From NCBI GenBank assembly GCA_964016885.1, contig OZ024741.1:149978001-150042000 (forward strand): a stretch of DNA of 64,000 nucleotides. The letters run 5' to 3'. Under the pieces are notes generated by a model. That model was not told the origin of the DNA and ran no database searches. It saw only the letters and a list, made by a program, of their open reading frames with translations. This DNA comes from Eledone cirrhosa (lineage: Eukaryota). Made by a program: the position numbers and the translations under genes. Positions 27,660 to 40,885 of this stretch are shown here, piece after piece (position 1 is the first letter of the stretch; each line of letters opens with the position of its first letter).

Positions 27660-29250
27660 TTCTCGTAGAGGAAGGATGGTTTGTCCATCCTTTTCACTGC
27701 TTGTGGCCTCCTCCGGAAGGATGTCCTTATAAATCCTCCTGGAGAGTGCTTGTCGGAAGTCTCCGATGTCTTTGGGGAATTTTTGTTTTCGTGTCGTGTA
27801 CGTTTACTGTGTCATGCGAGTGATTTGTATGTGTGGAGGTGGTGTAAACTTTTGGGTTGTTGTGTAGTCTTTTTCTGTGATGCTGGTGTTGTGTTGGATG
27901 TAGTGTAATAATTGGTTGTTGTTCAAATTTCATGCTGTGTAGTGTGTATCGTTTTGGTTGTTTTGTTTTGTTTGCGTTTGTCGTGGGTTTGTTTCTGTTT
28001 CGCTTTTTGGTGACTTTGGTGGTGTAGGTGATGGTGGTGTTGGGGTTAATGATGGTGATGGTGTTGGTGTTTGGGGTGGGAAGGAAGAGAATTTTTTCTT
28101 TTTTGGTTTCTTTTTTTCTTTTTTCCTGATACCGTTTCCCACTCCTCGTCGTCACAATCTGTCTCCAGTTGTGATAGGCCGGGGAGTGGAAAATCCTCCA
28201 CAGGCGTTAGTTTTGGTTGTGGCGTGGTGGATGGTGTAGGCGCTGGTGCTAGTTCTGGCGCGTTGGGTGGTGGTGGTGTTGGTTTTGCTACTGTTGCTGG
28301 GGTTGTTGCTGTTACAGTTGCTTCTGTTGCTGCTACAGTTGTTGCTGCCATCTCTGCTGCTGGTGGTGTTGATGGTTGAGTCACTGGGGTGGGTAAGAGA
28401 GGTGGCCTCAACCTTTTATCCTGAGGGCAGAAAGCCCTTAGGTGGGTTCCTTCACCACAAACGACAAACCTAAGCCTTCTGCTCTCGACGATTACGATGA
28501 GGTGGCTGCCGTCAGTGAGGTCTATTACCTCTGGGATCTCCACAATGCTTTTTTGGTTCGCTTGGATCAGGAGCTCCATCCAAGATCCGGACCAGTTCTC
28601 CTGCTTTTCTTTCGCTATTTCGATTATCTTGGTGTTGGCCTCGATGCCGGCGAGGATGGCAGCCATTAGCCAGGGAATTTCGATGGCCGGTGGAACGTGG
28701 GTCACCCTGATCTTCACGAGTCTCTGGCCACAATAGCTTGGGACGAGTGTGAAGTCGTCACTTCTTAATGGGACCATGGAGTGTTCTCTAGCCTCCTGTG
28801 GTGCTCCAAAGAACACGTCCACGGTTCCATATTTCTGCCCACGTCTGATGTGGGTTTTTTTGCCCACACATGTCCCAAAGTTTTTTGGATTTGGGACTCG
28901 GATGCCCGTTCCACTCGGCGCGATTTTATGTTAATCGTCCGATAAGACACGGTGCATAGGCGCCGATGCTCCATTTTATTAGGTGGGGTGGGGGGTGGGG
29001 TGGGAGTGAGTCTGACCCTGTACCCATCTTTCTTTACCATTCTCTTAGCTTCATTTAATTCCTCCTGAGTTACCTTGATTGCTTCGCACTTTTTTGCTAC
29101 TCTGGCAAAAGACAGGGTGGTTTTCTTATTCTCATTGTTGTTGCTGTCGTTGTTATCGTTATTTTTGTTATTGTTATTTGAAGTTTCAGTTGTGGTGGTG
29201 GTGGCGTCAGTGGTGTTCGGTGTGGAAGATTCCATTCTGGGTGAAACCAT
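27660..29250 (-). pseudogene. Tx1/L1 ORF1 (gag-like, zinc knuckle), frameshifted
   Basis: SFA motif, degenerate knuckle FVVCGEGTHLRAFCP, and EEWETV followed by a basic tract, upstream of ORF2. Confidence 0.65.
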
Positions 29251-29705
29251 TTCGATGTCACGAGATAATTTATTTTTTCTTTTGTTTCTGTTGTCGCTGT
29301 GGTGGTGATGGGGGTGGCGGCTTTAACACCTGCAGTCATTGGTAATGGAGGGAAATGAATGTCTGCATGAGACAAATTTAAATTATTGCTACTGCTTATA
29401 TTTTTAGTGTTGGCAAACGTAGTAATATTTACAATGGTGGTGTCGGTGTGAGGTGTTAGTTTGTGAGGAAAGTGTGACTGTGAGACGTCCATGATTTTTT
29501 CAAAGAAACTTTTATTTGATAATTATAAAAGTTTAAATTTTGGGCTCAAGACCCCAATCTTTTTGAGTGTCCTTTTTAGAAAACAATATATGTGCACTTA
29601 TATACAATTAACAATAAAAATTTTCCATAAATGGCAATTTTAAACAACTGAAAACAACAAACCTTTGCGGATCTCACGATAATACGATTTTCTACGTAGG
29701 TTGCC

Positions 29706-29765
<60 letters not shown>

Positions 29766-30010
29766 TTGGAACTTCCGTGAAGTCAAAGTGGTTCCGATTG
29801 TCATAGGCGCACTAGGTACTATCTCAAAAAGTTTCCAGGAATGGTTAAAGAAAATTGGCCCCGCCCTGCTTTTTGGAACACTTCAAAAGGCATGCTTGCT
29901 GAGAACAGCAAGAACCCTCCGATACGTCCTGAATATCTGAGGCTTGATATTCATTTCAACAAACTTTCCAGTTAACTAACATCAATGACTGAGACTCAAA
30001 GAACAACAAC

Positions 30011-30045
<35 letters not shown>
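29766..30045 (+). mobile_element. 3' fragment of a second Dong/R4-type element
   Basis: WNFREVKVVPIVIGALGTI...LQKACLLRTARTLRYVLNI* is homologous to the C-terminus of the 20842 ORF; bounded by (TAA)n on both sides. Confidence 0.8.
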
Positions 30046-30046
<1 letters not shown>

Positions 30047-30678
30047 GAAGCCACTTTACATCTAGATACAGGATAAATTTGTAACTTAATTATTTACCTA
30101 TAATAACTACATTCAGTTACGGTAATTTAAATTAATAATAACCAGTAGAACACTATAGTCACATGTATATATTTTTATACACACTTTTGCTGAACATTCG
30201 AATACATAAATCTATTTAAGTCACCAAAAAAATAATTATTCCTTTATTTATTTATTTATTAATATCTCAATGTATTCTAGAATAATATAAATAAGATTAA
30301 TACTGTAAATCTTTTTTCTATACCGGTGCAAATCTTTTTATTAAGAAAAATTAAATTTAAACTTGAATTATTACGACATTATCAATTCTCTTTCCCGTTT
30401 TGTATTTTTTGTATATTTTTATACACATATCGCATGATTGACTAAATATTATACTTTTTTTGTTAATTTGCAAACTAAAAAAATTCTTGTAACTTTAATA
30501 ACATATCTGATGCACTGACGTGCTACATTTTCTTATACTATTAACACCGCTTATGCTTTGCAGTTTTTTTTAAATGCATTTATATTTTGCATTATATTAT
30601 TTGATATGGTATGAGCCTCATCTATGGTATAAAGTTATCTTTCGTATGTATTAATGTTGAAACTTATAAAAATATGTA

Positions 30679-30767
30679 AATTTCTGATGATATATAGACC
30701 GCCGGACAGATACTTCGTGTATATCGTGGTATGGCCTGCCGTTATACATTGAAACGTATGTAGAATT
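30679..30767 (+). ncRNA. Type I hammerhead motif with long degenerate stem II
   Basis: aattt-CTGATGA-[60 nt]-GAAA-cgtatg-TA-gaatt. Confidence 0.55.
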
Positions 30768-30965
30768 AAAATAATGTTTTAAGTAAAACTTGGTTATTCT
30801 CTCTCCCTTTATTAAAGTTTTGAGCTCTGCAGCCCGTGGTCTAACAATCTACAGCAGAATCTACAACGGCTGAGAAATTCTTCAGCCTTGTTGGATTACT
30901 GCTGGATCAAGGAAACTGGTTATATAGAGCTTCTCTCATCTTTACGAGGATCTATATTGGTAAAC

Positions 30966-31037
<72 letters not shown>

Positions 31038-31421
31038 CCAATACAATTTGTTTTTGTTGATTTATGATGTATTATCTTAAGTCATGATAGGCAAACTGTA
31101 ATATTATTATTAGTATATTTCTATCTAGCTAACTTGGTCATTTACAATACAAACATAAATATGAGGATATTTGTGTTTATCAAATATATTGATTTGTGTT
31201 AACCTATATTACACGGCTCAGAAATACCCTTTCTTCGAGCTATTTCATTGTAATTGATCGCCTCAGATTTGAACTCATTATTATTGATTTTATATATATA
31301 TTATATATATAAGTATAGAAATTTCGTATTTCTAAAGAAATACGGTTTTAGGAAGCCGTAGCTATGTAAATACCGGGAGGAAAACGCCCTCTGGTGGTGT
31401 CCAGCAGAAGCAAGGGGGACA

Positions 31422-31465
31422 ACCGTCTATGCATTTCAGGCTTCACTGGCCTTCGTCAGGACGGT
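31422..31465 (-). ncRNA. Minimal type I hammerhead ribozyme
   Basis: accgtc-CTGACGA-aggc cagtgaa gcct-GAAA-tgca-TA-gacggt: perfect stems I and II, palindromic stem III. Confidence 0.88.
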
Positions 31466-31817
31466 CCTTCCCACCTCTTGCTACTGCTGGACTTGAAAGC
31501 AGTCGAGAATATATAGTTTTCTCGTCTGTGTAAATGAGGTGATTAATCTCATTTGCATATGAAGCTGCATAAGTTGGCTCAACCTATAATAGAAAGAAAT
31601 AAGATTTCGTTTCAAGCACAGCTTTATTCAATATGTATAGACATTTCGTATTGCTAAAGAAATACGGTTTTAGGAAGCCGTAGCCATGCAAACACCGGGG
31701 AGCTAACGCCATGTGCAACTTCATATGCAAATGAGATTAATCACCTCATTTACACAGACGAGAAAACTATATATTCTCGACTGTTTTCAAGTTCAGCAGT
31801 AGCACGCGGTAGGAGGG

Positions 31818-31861
31818 ACCGTCCTGACGAAGGCCAGTGAAGCTTGAAAAGCATAGACGGT
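31818..31861 (+). ncRNA. Minimal type I hammerhead ribozyme (inverted copy)
   Basis: accgtc-CTGACGA-aggc cagtgaa gctt-GAAA-agca-TA-gacggt. Confidence 0.78.
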
Positions 31862-32147
31862 TGTCCCCCTTGCTTCTGCTGGACACCACCAGAGGGCGTT
31901 TCTCCCCCGGTGTTTACATAGCTACGGCTTCCTAAAACCGTATTTCTTTGGAAATACGAAATTTCTATACATATTGTATAAAGCTATGCTTGAAGCGAAA
32001 TCTTATTTCTTATATATATATATTTATATATATTTACACATATATCCACTTATACACGCAACACATTTATATACTTACGAACATATCATATATGTGTGCG
32101 CACACACACGCACGAACACACACACACACACACACACATACACCCCC

Positions 32148-32225
<78 letters not shown>

Positions 32226-32351
32226 GTATATATATATATATATATTTATATACTTATGAACATATCACATACACACACACATTTATATATATATATATAT
32301 AAGTATGTATGTATACGTACATACATATATGTATACAGACGTACAGTAGCA

Positions 32352-32495
<144 letters not shown>

Positions 32496-32663
32496 TATAC
32501 ACATATATACATACAGGTACACATACATATATGCACGCATCAGTTTAGCGGACGCTTATTATAACGCCGCTTTGTTCGTTTGTAAACAAACTGAACAGCC
32601 TGAATTTATGCCATACGGTGTTAAGGCAACCACGTCACCTTTTTGTTCAACACTGACACAGGA

Positions 32664-32706
32664 ACGATGTACTAGTTTCAAGCTTGTTAGCTATCATCAG
32701 CACCGT
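32664..32706 (-). ncRNA. Type I hammerhead ribozyme, array copy 1
   Basis: acggtg-CTGATGA-tagct aaca agctt-GAAA-ctag-TA-catcgt. Confidence 0.85.
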
Positions 32707-32944
32707 ATACCCATCTGCCAGATAGTTGAACGTTCGAAAGTATATACTTTCCTTATGAAAATTAACGGCTGAGCAGCCTAATTTGCATATTGAGTGAGTT
32801 AAATCGGTCAGGCATACCGAAAACGATAAGTTGAAAAAAATGAAAACGAAATTTCATTTGTCACTCTTAGTATGGCACTTACTTAAATGTAAGTATGTAT
32901 GTATACGTACATACATATATGTATACAGACGTACAGTACCATGC

Positions 32945-33079
<135 letters not shown>

Positions 33080-33247
33080 TATACACATATATACATACAG
33101 GTACACATACATATATGCACGCATCAGTTTAGCGGACGCTTATTATAACGCCGCTTTGTTCGTTTGTAAACAAACTGAACAGCCTGAATTTATGCCATAC
33201 GGTGTTAAGGCAACCACGTCACCTTTTTGTTCAACACTGACACAGGA

Positions 33248-33290
33248 ACGATGTACTAGTTTCAAGCTTGTTAGCTATCATCAGCACCGT
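33248..33290 (-). ncRNA. Type I hammerhead ribozyme, array copy 2
   Basis: Identical to copy 1. Confidence 0.85.
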
Positions 33291-33528
33291 ATACCCATCT
33301 GCCAGATAGTTGAACGTTCGAAAGTATATACTTTCCTTATGAAAATTAACGGCTGAGCAGCCTAATTTGCATATTGAGTGAGTTAAATCGGTCAGGCATA
33401 CCGAAAACGATAAGTTGAAAAAAATGAAAACGAAATTTCATTTGTCACTCTTAGTATGGCACTTACTTAAATGTAAGTATGTATGTATACGTACATACAT
33501 ATATGTATACAGACGTACAGTACCATGC

Positions 33529-33631
<103 letters not shown>

Positions 33632-33799
33632 TATACACATATATACATACAGGTACACATACATATATGCACGCATCAGTTTAGCGGACGCTTATTATAA
33701 CGCCGCTTTGTTCGTTTGTAAACAAACTGAACAGCCTGAATTTATGCCATACGGTGTTAAGGCAACCACGTCACCTTTTTGTTCAACACTGACACAGGA

Positions 33800-33842
33800 A
33801 CGATGTACTAGTTTCAAGCTTGTTAGCTATCATCAGCACCGT
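33800..33842 (-). ncRNA. Type I hammerhead ribozyme, array copy 3
   Basis: Identical to copy 1. Confidence 0.85.
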
Positions 33843-34080
33843 ATACCCATCTGCCAGATAGTTGAACGTTCGAAAGTATATACTTTCCTTATGAAAATTA
33901 ACGGCTGAGCAGCCTAATTTGCATATTGAGTGAGTTAAATCGGTCAGGCATACCGAAAACGATAAGTTGAAAAAAATGAAAACGAAATTTCATTTGTCAC
34001 TCTTAGTATGGCACTTACTTAAATGTAAGTATGTATGTATACGTACATACATATATGTATACAGACGTACAGTAGCATGC

Positions 34081-34173
<93 letters not shown>

Positions 34174-34341
34174 TATACACATATATACATACAGGTACAC
34201 ATACATATATGCACGCATCAGTTTAGCGGACGCTTATTATAACGCCGCTTTGTTCGTTTGTAAACAAACTGAACAGCCTGAATTTATGCCATACGGTGTT
34301 AAGGCAACCACGTCACCTTTTTGTTCAACACTGACACAGGA

Positions 34342-34384
34342 ACGATGTACTAGTTTCAAGCTTGTTAGCTATCATCAGCACCGT
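34342..34384 (-). ncRNA. Type I hammerhead ribozyme, array copy 4
   Basis: Identical to copy 1. Confidence 0.85.
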
Positions 34385-34619
34385 ATACCCATCTGCCAGA
34401 TAGTTGAACGTTCGAAAGTATATACTTTCCGTATGAAAATTAACGGCTGAGCAGCCTAATTTGCATATTGAGTGAGTTAAATCGGTCAGGCATACCGAAA
34501 ACGATAAGTTGAAAAAAATGAAAACGAAATTTCATTTGTCACTCTTAGTATGGCACTTACTTAAATGTAAGTATGTATGTATACGTACATACATATATGT
34601 ATACAGACGTACAGTAGCA

Positions 34620-34719
<100 letters not shown>

Positions 34720-34909
34720 TATACACATATATACATACAGGTACACATACATATATGCACGCATCAGTTTAGCGGACGCTTATTATAACGCCGCTTTGTT
34801 CGTTTGTAAACAAACTGAACAGCCTGAATTTATGTATACATACATACTTACATTTAAGTAAGTGCCATACTAAGAGTGACAAATGAAATTTCGTTTTCAT
34901 TTTTTTCAA

Positions 34910-34969
<60 letters not shown>

Positions 34970-35101
34970 GAAGTTATATTTAATTTGTTGGGATTCAACA
35001 AGCTTAAACATTTTTATAACTGATATAAAGCGCTCAACAGTTTAGTGAAGTAAATATTCAATATATTAATAAATGGAAACTATATTTATAAAACGATAAT
35101 T

Positions 35102-35165
35102 ATTTTATTATATATATTTCAAGGGCATCCAAGGCAAATTTTGGTGCGCTTTCATCAGATAAAAT
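35102..35165 (-). ncRNA. Type I hammerhead, left arm of palindrome 35056-35369
   Basis: Reverse complement of 35260-35323. Confidence 0.75.
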
Positions 35166-35259
35166 ACAAATTTGTTTCATAAATATTGACATACCAGCGA
35201 ACCTCAACCGTTAAGGTTGTCTTTATGCGGGTATGTCAATATTTATAAAACAAATTTGT

Positions 35260-35323
35260 ATTTTATCTGATGAAAGCGCACCAAAATTTGCCTTGGATGC
35301 CCTTGAAATATATATAATAAAAT
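35260..35323 (+). ncRNA. Type I hammerhead, right arm of palindrome
   Basis: attttat-CTGATGA-aagcgcaccaa aatttgcc ttggatgccctt-GAAA-tatata-TA-ataaaat. Confidence 0.75.
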
Positions 35324-35367
35324 AATTATGGCTTTATAAATATAGTTTCCATTTATTAATATATTGA

Positions 35368-35453
<86 letters not shown>

Positions 35454-35499
35454 TACATAAACGCACACACACATATATATATATTTTATTTTGAATTTG

Positions 35500-35910
35500 T
35501 CGCTATAGCACAATCCCTTATCGAACGTCTAGTTGATCTTCCACGCATGACATCACTGTTTGCTGTCGACTACTCTAGTCATTACAGTAGTATCTTGACG
35601 TCCTAGCTGGATAGATGGTCTCGAGGTCCGGGACTGCCACGTGCACACCTTTCTCTGGGTCTATGTGGTTGTGAACGTAGAATTTTATCACAATTTCAAA
35701 CCTCGAGTTGATTCTGTGGTCCTTTAGTTTGTTGATTTTCGCATACTCCAAAATGCACAGCCGGCACTACGCCCCCATGTGTGTATGAAGGTGGTGCTTA
35801 AGGACCTCCCATTCCAGTCTGAAATTAATATTTTTGTTCTTCAGTCCCCTGCTCTGCCAGAATGATTTGCGTTCTTTTATGCCGATGTTTGAAGGAGCTG
35901 ATGTGGTTAT
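35500..35910 (-). mobile_element. Penelope-like 3' fragment (GIY-YIG C-terminal half), degraded
   Basis: Minus strand HISSFKHRHKR...LKNKNINFRLEWEVLKH...CRLCILEYAKI...INSRFEI, homologous to the 52423 ORF. Confidence 0.7.
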
Positions 35911-36199
35911 ATATATATAGTAACGATCAAAATAAGAGAACAATAAATTAACTTTTTATTATTATTCGACAAAATTTCCCTTTAAAATTTGAAAGAATAT
36001 TCGTAGTATATATCTGTCTTGTGCTAAAATATTTTCTAAATAATCAAGGTTATAAAGAAGATATTAATGATAGACCTTTAATTTTGAAAAAATACAGCGA
36101 TTAAAATAAGAGAAGGGCAACAATCTTTAGGCAAACACAATTAAACATGAGATTTGGTCTACAAACTAGGATTTATGCATTCTCAAACATTCATAGGAA

Positions 36200-37105
36200 G
36201 TGTGGAGGCCCTTTCTTTGGATGACCTCGGCACATCTGCATCCATATGAAGTCACCATTGTATTGCACAGTTTTGTAGTGATACTATTCCTCTCTTCTTC
36301 CAGCTTCTTCCATAATTCAGTGGTTGTAGCTGAGCTTTTCGCCATGACATTGTTCCCAATGATCTTTCAAAGGTTCTCGATTGGATTTAAGTCGGGTCAA
36401 TGGGCTGACCATTTCAAAACTTCTATTTCCTCAACTTCGAGAATTTTTTTCACTTGTTTTGAAGTGTGGCATGGAGCATTATCTTGCATAAAAATGGCTG
36501 GTTGATTGGGAAAAGCCCGTAAAGAAGGAATGGCGTATTGCTGAAGGAGGTTCTGGTACACATTAGCCTTAACAGTACCATTTAAGCGTATGAGAGGCAC
36601 CACTCCGGTGCGCTGTGAACATTTCCCAAACCATGACACTACCCTTTTCGAATTTTACAGACTTTTTGATACACCTAGAAAGAAGTCTTTTCCCAGTTTT
36701 ACGTTTTATATATTGGTTACCATCTGAACCAATCAAATTAAACTTGCTTTCATCACTAATATAAACTTTGGACCAGTTGTTTTCACTCCATACAACATGC
36801 TTTTTAACAAAGGCAAGTCTAGTATTTTTATTGCTAATAACAAATTTGATAGTTGGGGAGTTGGCTTTCAATCCAACTTCTGCTAGACAACTTCCTTGTC
36901 TAAATTAGCGCTGATGTGTCGAGATATTTCAGCTGCAGCGTCGAAGTAGTTCTCCATAGACATTTTGTGGATCATGCGGTCCCACTCGTTGACTTGTTTT
37001 ATTGGGACGGACGGCCTTCTTCACAGACGTGAATGAGTTGGTTTCATTATGCGATTTCAATATGTTCACTATTACATATTTAGAATGGCTAACTTCGCTT
37101 TCAAT
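36200..37105 (-). pseudogene. Tc1 DDE transposase, disrupted
   Basis: SDESKF, GSVMVW, FMQDNAPCH and W..*PDLNPIENL motifs on the minus strand. Confidence 0.85.
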
Positions 37106-37107
37106 GG

Positions 37108-37200
<93 letters not shown>

Positions 37201-37212
37201 CGAGAGAGAGAG

Positions 37213-37294
<82 letters not shown>

Positions 37295-37667
37295 TATCAC
37301 TCTTCATGTGAACGACTTAACGTCGGAAAGCTTCAGTTACCTTGGAATGGGTCGACATCTTGCAAAAGTTGATAGGAAAATGGAACATACTGGTAACGTG
37401 ACCCTGTTCACAAGTGTTGCCAGATATTTCTAGAAAATCCATGTAATTACCCTAAAATATATATTTAAAAAACAAACAAACTAGAGCATTCTCTTATTTT
37501 GATCACTGTATTTTTTAAAATTAAAGGTATATCATTAATATCTTGTTTATACTTTTGATTATTTAGAAAATATTTTATCACAAGATATACGCATATATAT
37601 ATATATATATACGACAAATATTCTTTCAAATTTTAAAGGGACAAAAAAAAGATATATATATATATTT

Positions 37668-38200
37668 GATAATCTCCCATAAGGTTGAGATGCAATTTAG
37701 GCAATATTAGGCTGCGCTTTCTAGCAACCAGCTTACTAGCCGTAAGGCACCAATCATATTCTTTCTGACTTGACCCCTGCCACGTCATAGTTCTTAGCCA
37801 TTTTGAATTCGTTTCTGGCGGGGGATCATTTAAGAAAAATCTTTGTCCAAGTGAGTTTGTTTCCTGATGAGTTCGAAGCTCGAGAATTTATCCTTGATAA
37901 GATATTTCCGAAAGCGAACGAAACCCTAAAGGGTAAAAACATAATCCTGGTATGTGTATATGCATTTTTTCTTCTCACTTTAATTTTATACCTAATTGTG
38001 TATGGTTGACGATATATTTAATCAATTTCCACGTACTATTGAAATGCTGGGTAAATATTCTATGGCTATGGTTTATTTATCTATTATTTATTCACAGGTG
38101 CCTTTTAATCTTATAGCCTGGTTTAATTGTTTTTTTGTGTGGTTGATTATGCTAATTGGGAGAGGAAATTGAGTATATATTTTATCAAATGATTCTAAGG
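37668..38200 (+). mobile_element. About 530-nt non-coding HHR-bearing element (family D, copy 1)
   Basis: Collinear with the reverse complement of 48360-48908 from taatctccca..aggttgagat to gctaattgggagaggaaat. Confidence 0.8.
37858..37941 (+). ncRNA. Type I hammerhead with long loop II
   Basis: tgtttc-CTGATGA-gttcg[39 nt]cgaac-GAAA-ccc taaa ggg-TA-aaaaca. Confidence 0.8.
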
Positions 38201-38222
38201 ACATAATTTATAGTATATATAT

Positions 38223-38582
<360 letters not shown>

Positions 38583-39122
38583 GACAAATATTCTTTCAAA
38601 TTTTAAAGGAAAAATAATGAAAAGTTAATTTATCGTTCATTCTATTATTCAGGAGGTGAATCAAGCAGCTTTTGAAACAGTAAGTACTAGGCTTGAAAAA
38701 AAAAACGCAACTAAGTGGTGGGGTGGATATGATCGATTAAATCAAGGCGGTTCCACAGCATGGCCGTAATCAAATAACAGAAATCTATAAAAGAATATAT
38801 ATTACATAGAATGGACAACATTAATAAATGATGCCATACACTTGCAAATATACGCAATCTTGATTTCCTATGAATTGCTCTGTGCTCTTTTTGTTTTCTA
38901 AAGCCATTCAAGACTATCTTTAAATATTTCTGATGGTGAAATATTCAAAGATACAGACGACCCAATAAGATATTACAAATACTTGGTAAATCTCCCTTGC
39001 TTTACTTTGATCAACTTCTTATATACTTTGATGTTTTCACTTACCAAAAGTTCAATCCATGATGAGATAATAAAGATTAATATTCTTTTATATTTTATAT
39101 TTTCATACACAGACTTATCGCA

Positions 39123-39178
<56 letters not shown>

Positions 39179-39247
39179 CACACACATATATATATATATA
39201 CACACATAATGCAAACACATACATATACACAAAAATAAATAAATGTT

Positions 39248-39278
<31 letters not shown>

Positions 39279-39721
39279 GTATATATTTAGCTCTGTGGTA
39301 TTCGTTTACTATTATTGTGTTGTAGGAGAAAATTATATATATATATATATATACATACATACGTACGTACACACACATATATATAATTTTCTCTTACAAC
39401 GCAATAATAGTAACCGAATGCCACAAACCTAAACCAACCAAGATCCAACACACAAACACAGTTACTCAGCTACAAAACACAACTTCTAACACAATAAAAC
39501 AACATCCACCACCAAATATTTCATCTCTAATGAACAAAACCTGAAACACACAACCAAGAAATAAATGTAAACCAAATTTAAACATCTAAAAGGAAAAGAC
39601 AATAATGTAATAAAAACCCTTCCACTATATTGTTACTAAGAGGACAAAGTTCCTTGGACCAACATCGCTGTCAATATCCAGTTTCCGCCAAAGGTTATGG
39701 CTACTGGATAAATCAGCACCA

Positions 39722-40062
39722 GAGGCACATGGCTTAGTGGTTAGAGCATTGGGATTGCAATCGGAAGGTTGTGAGTTCGATTCTCGGACCGGGTGATGCA
39801 TCGTGTACTTGAGCAAGACACTTTATTTCACGTTGTTCCAGTTTACTCAGCTGTAGAAATATATATGGTGCTAAGCTGTATCGGTCATTGCCTTTCCCTT
39901 GGTTAACATCGGTGGCATGGAGAGGGGAGACTGGTATGTATGGGAGACTGCTGGTCTTCCACAAATAAACTTGCCCGGACTTGTATCTCGGAGGGGAACT
40001 TTCTAGGTGCAAATCCCATGGTCATTCATGACCAGGGGGGGGGGGCTTCTTTACTTTTTACC
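39722..40062 (+). mobile_element. tRNA-derived SINE
   Basis: tggcttagtggttagagc (A box), gagttcgattctc (B box), and ttgagcaagacactttatttc core as in 600-897. Confidence 0.8.
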
Positions 40063-40759
40063 CTGCAGACCACTTAATCATAAAACTACCAAAACATAAA
40101 CACACAACCTTCATACTCGACGACAGTCGTCCGTGCACCCCAAACCCCACTGTCTACCAAGAAACGTTAAAAGCCAGCAATAAAAAATGTTAACCAAATT
40201 AACGCTAGAATCCAAATAGACTTCCCAAATACGTTAAATTCACCATTTGAACCAAAACATAGAGAGAAACTAACCGTGAAACGAATTCAATTTTAATACT
40301 AACTACCGAGTGTATTAAGCAAAATGATATAAAAATTATGAACATATCTCTCTGCCTTATATAATTGTATTATCAACTCCTCTGATATATATATTTACCA
40401 ACAGTTTCACTTAACTACTAACGGCTTTCAAGACGAAAACAAGTCTAAATCATCAGGTCGGTTTTGAGAAATAGATCCGATGATTTAGACGTGTTAAACT
40501 CAAGTTTCGCGTGTTGATTGCTCTTTTCTTCGGTTTATACCAACAACTGTACCCCCCCCCCCCACACACACACGACACACATACACATATATATATAATT
40601 ACAGCTGTCACTCGCATACGCGTATCATTTGGTAATTTTTACCATACTTTTGCTAAGGTGTCCATGCAGTCGCAAGCGGACATAGACATCCTCTCGACTC
40701 CTTCTCTTCTGATCCAGCGCAACATCCAGCGTGTGACAACTGGAAGAAAGAGAGGGCTG

Positions 40760-40885
40760 TACCAGGACTGGACTATGACTTATTTTTATCGACACTGAAA
40801 GGACGAAAGGAAAAGTAGGATCTGAACGGTATTTGAACTCAGAATGCCGAGACAAGTAATAAATATGTAGCGCTCTAATATATCT
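40760..40885 (-). mobile_element. Diverged SINE fragment
   Basis: acttatttttatcgacactgaaaggacgaaaggaaaagtag...atttgaactcagaa. Confidence 0.55.

Larger units (their letters stand above)
23623..29700 (-). mobile_element. L1/Tx1-clade LINE, near full length, degraded
   Basis: ORF1 and ORF2 remnants on the minus strand; both ends abut (TAA)n (23608-23622 and 29706-29765). Confidence 0.88.
31313..32010. mobile_element. Non-coding 322-nt HHR-bearing unit: about 1.2 tandem copies (-) plus an inverted copy (+)
   Basis: 31313-31388 repeats at 31635-31710; 31720-32010 is an inverted, circularly permuted copy; flanked by (TA)n. Confidence 0.8.

Noticed and set aside
39722-39795. tRNA gene (also at 600-670 and 5365-5432)
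   Set aside because: A and B boxes are present but no complete cloverleaf; at 600 and 39722 the sequence continues into a SINE body.
40413-40490. Possible minus-strand hammerhead with a small inversion (gtctaaatcatc..gatgatttagac)
   Set aside because: Stems I and III pair poorly. It may be a decayed HHR but cannot be supported.
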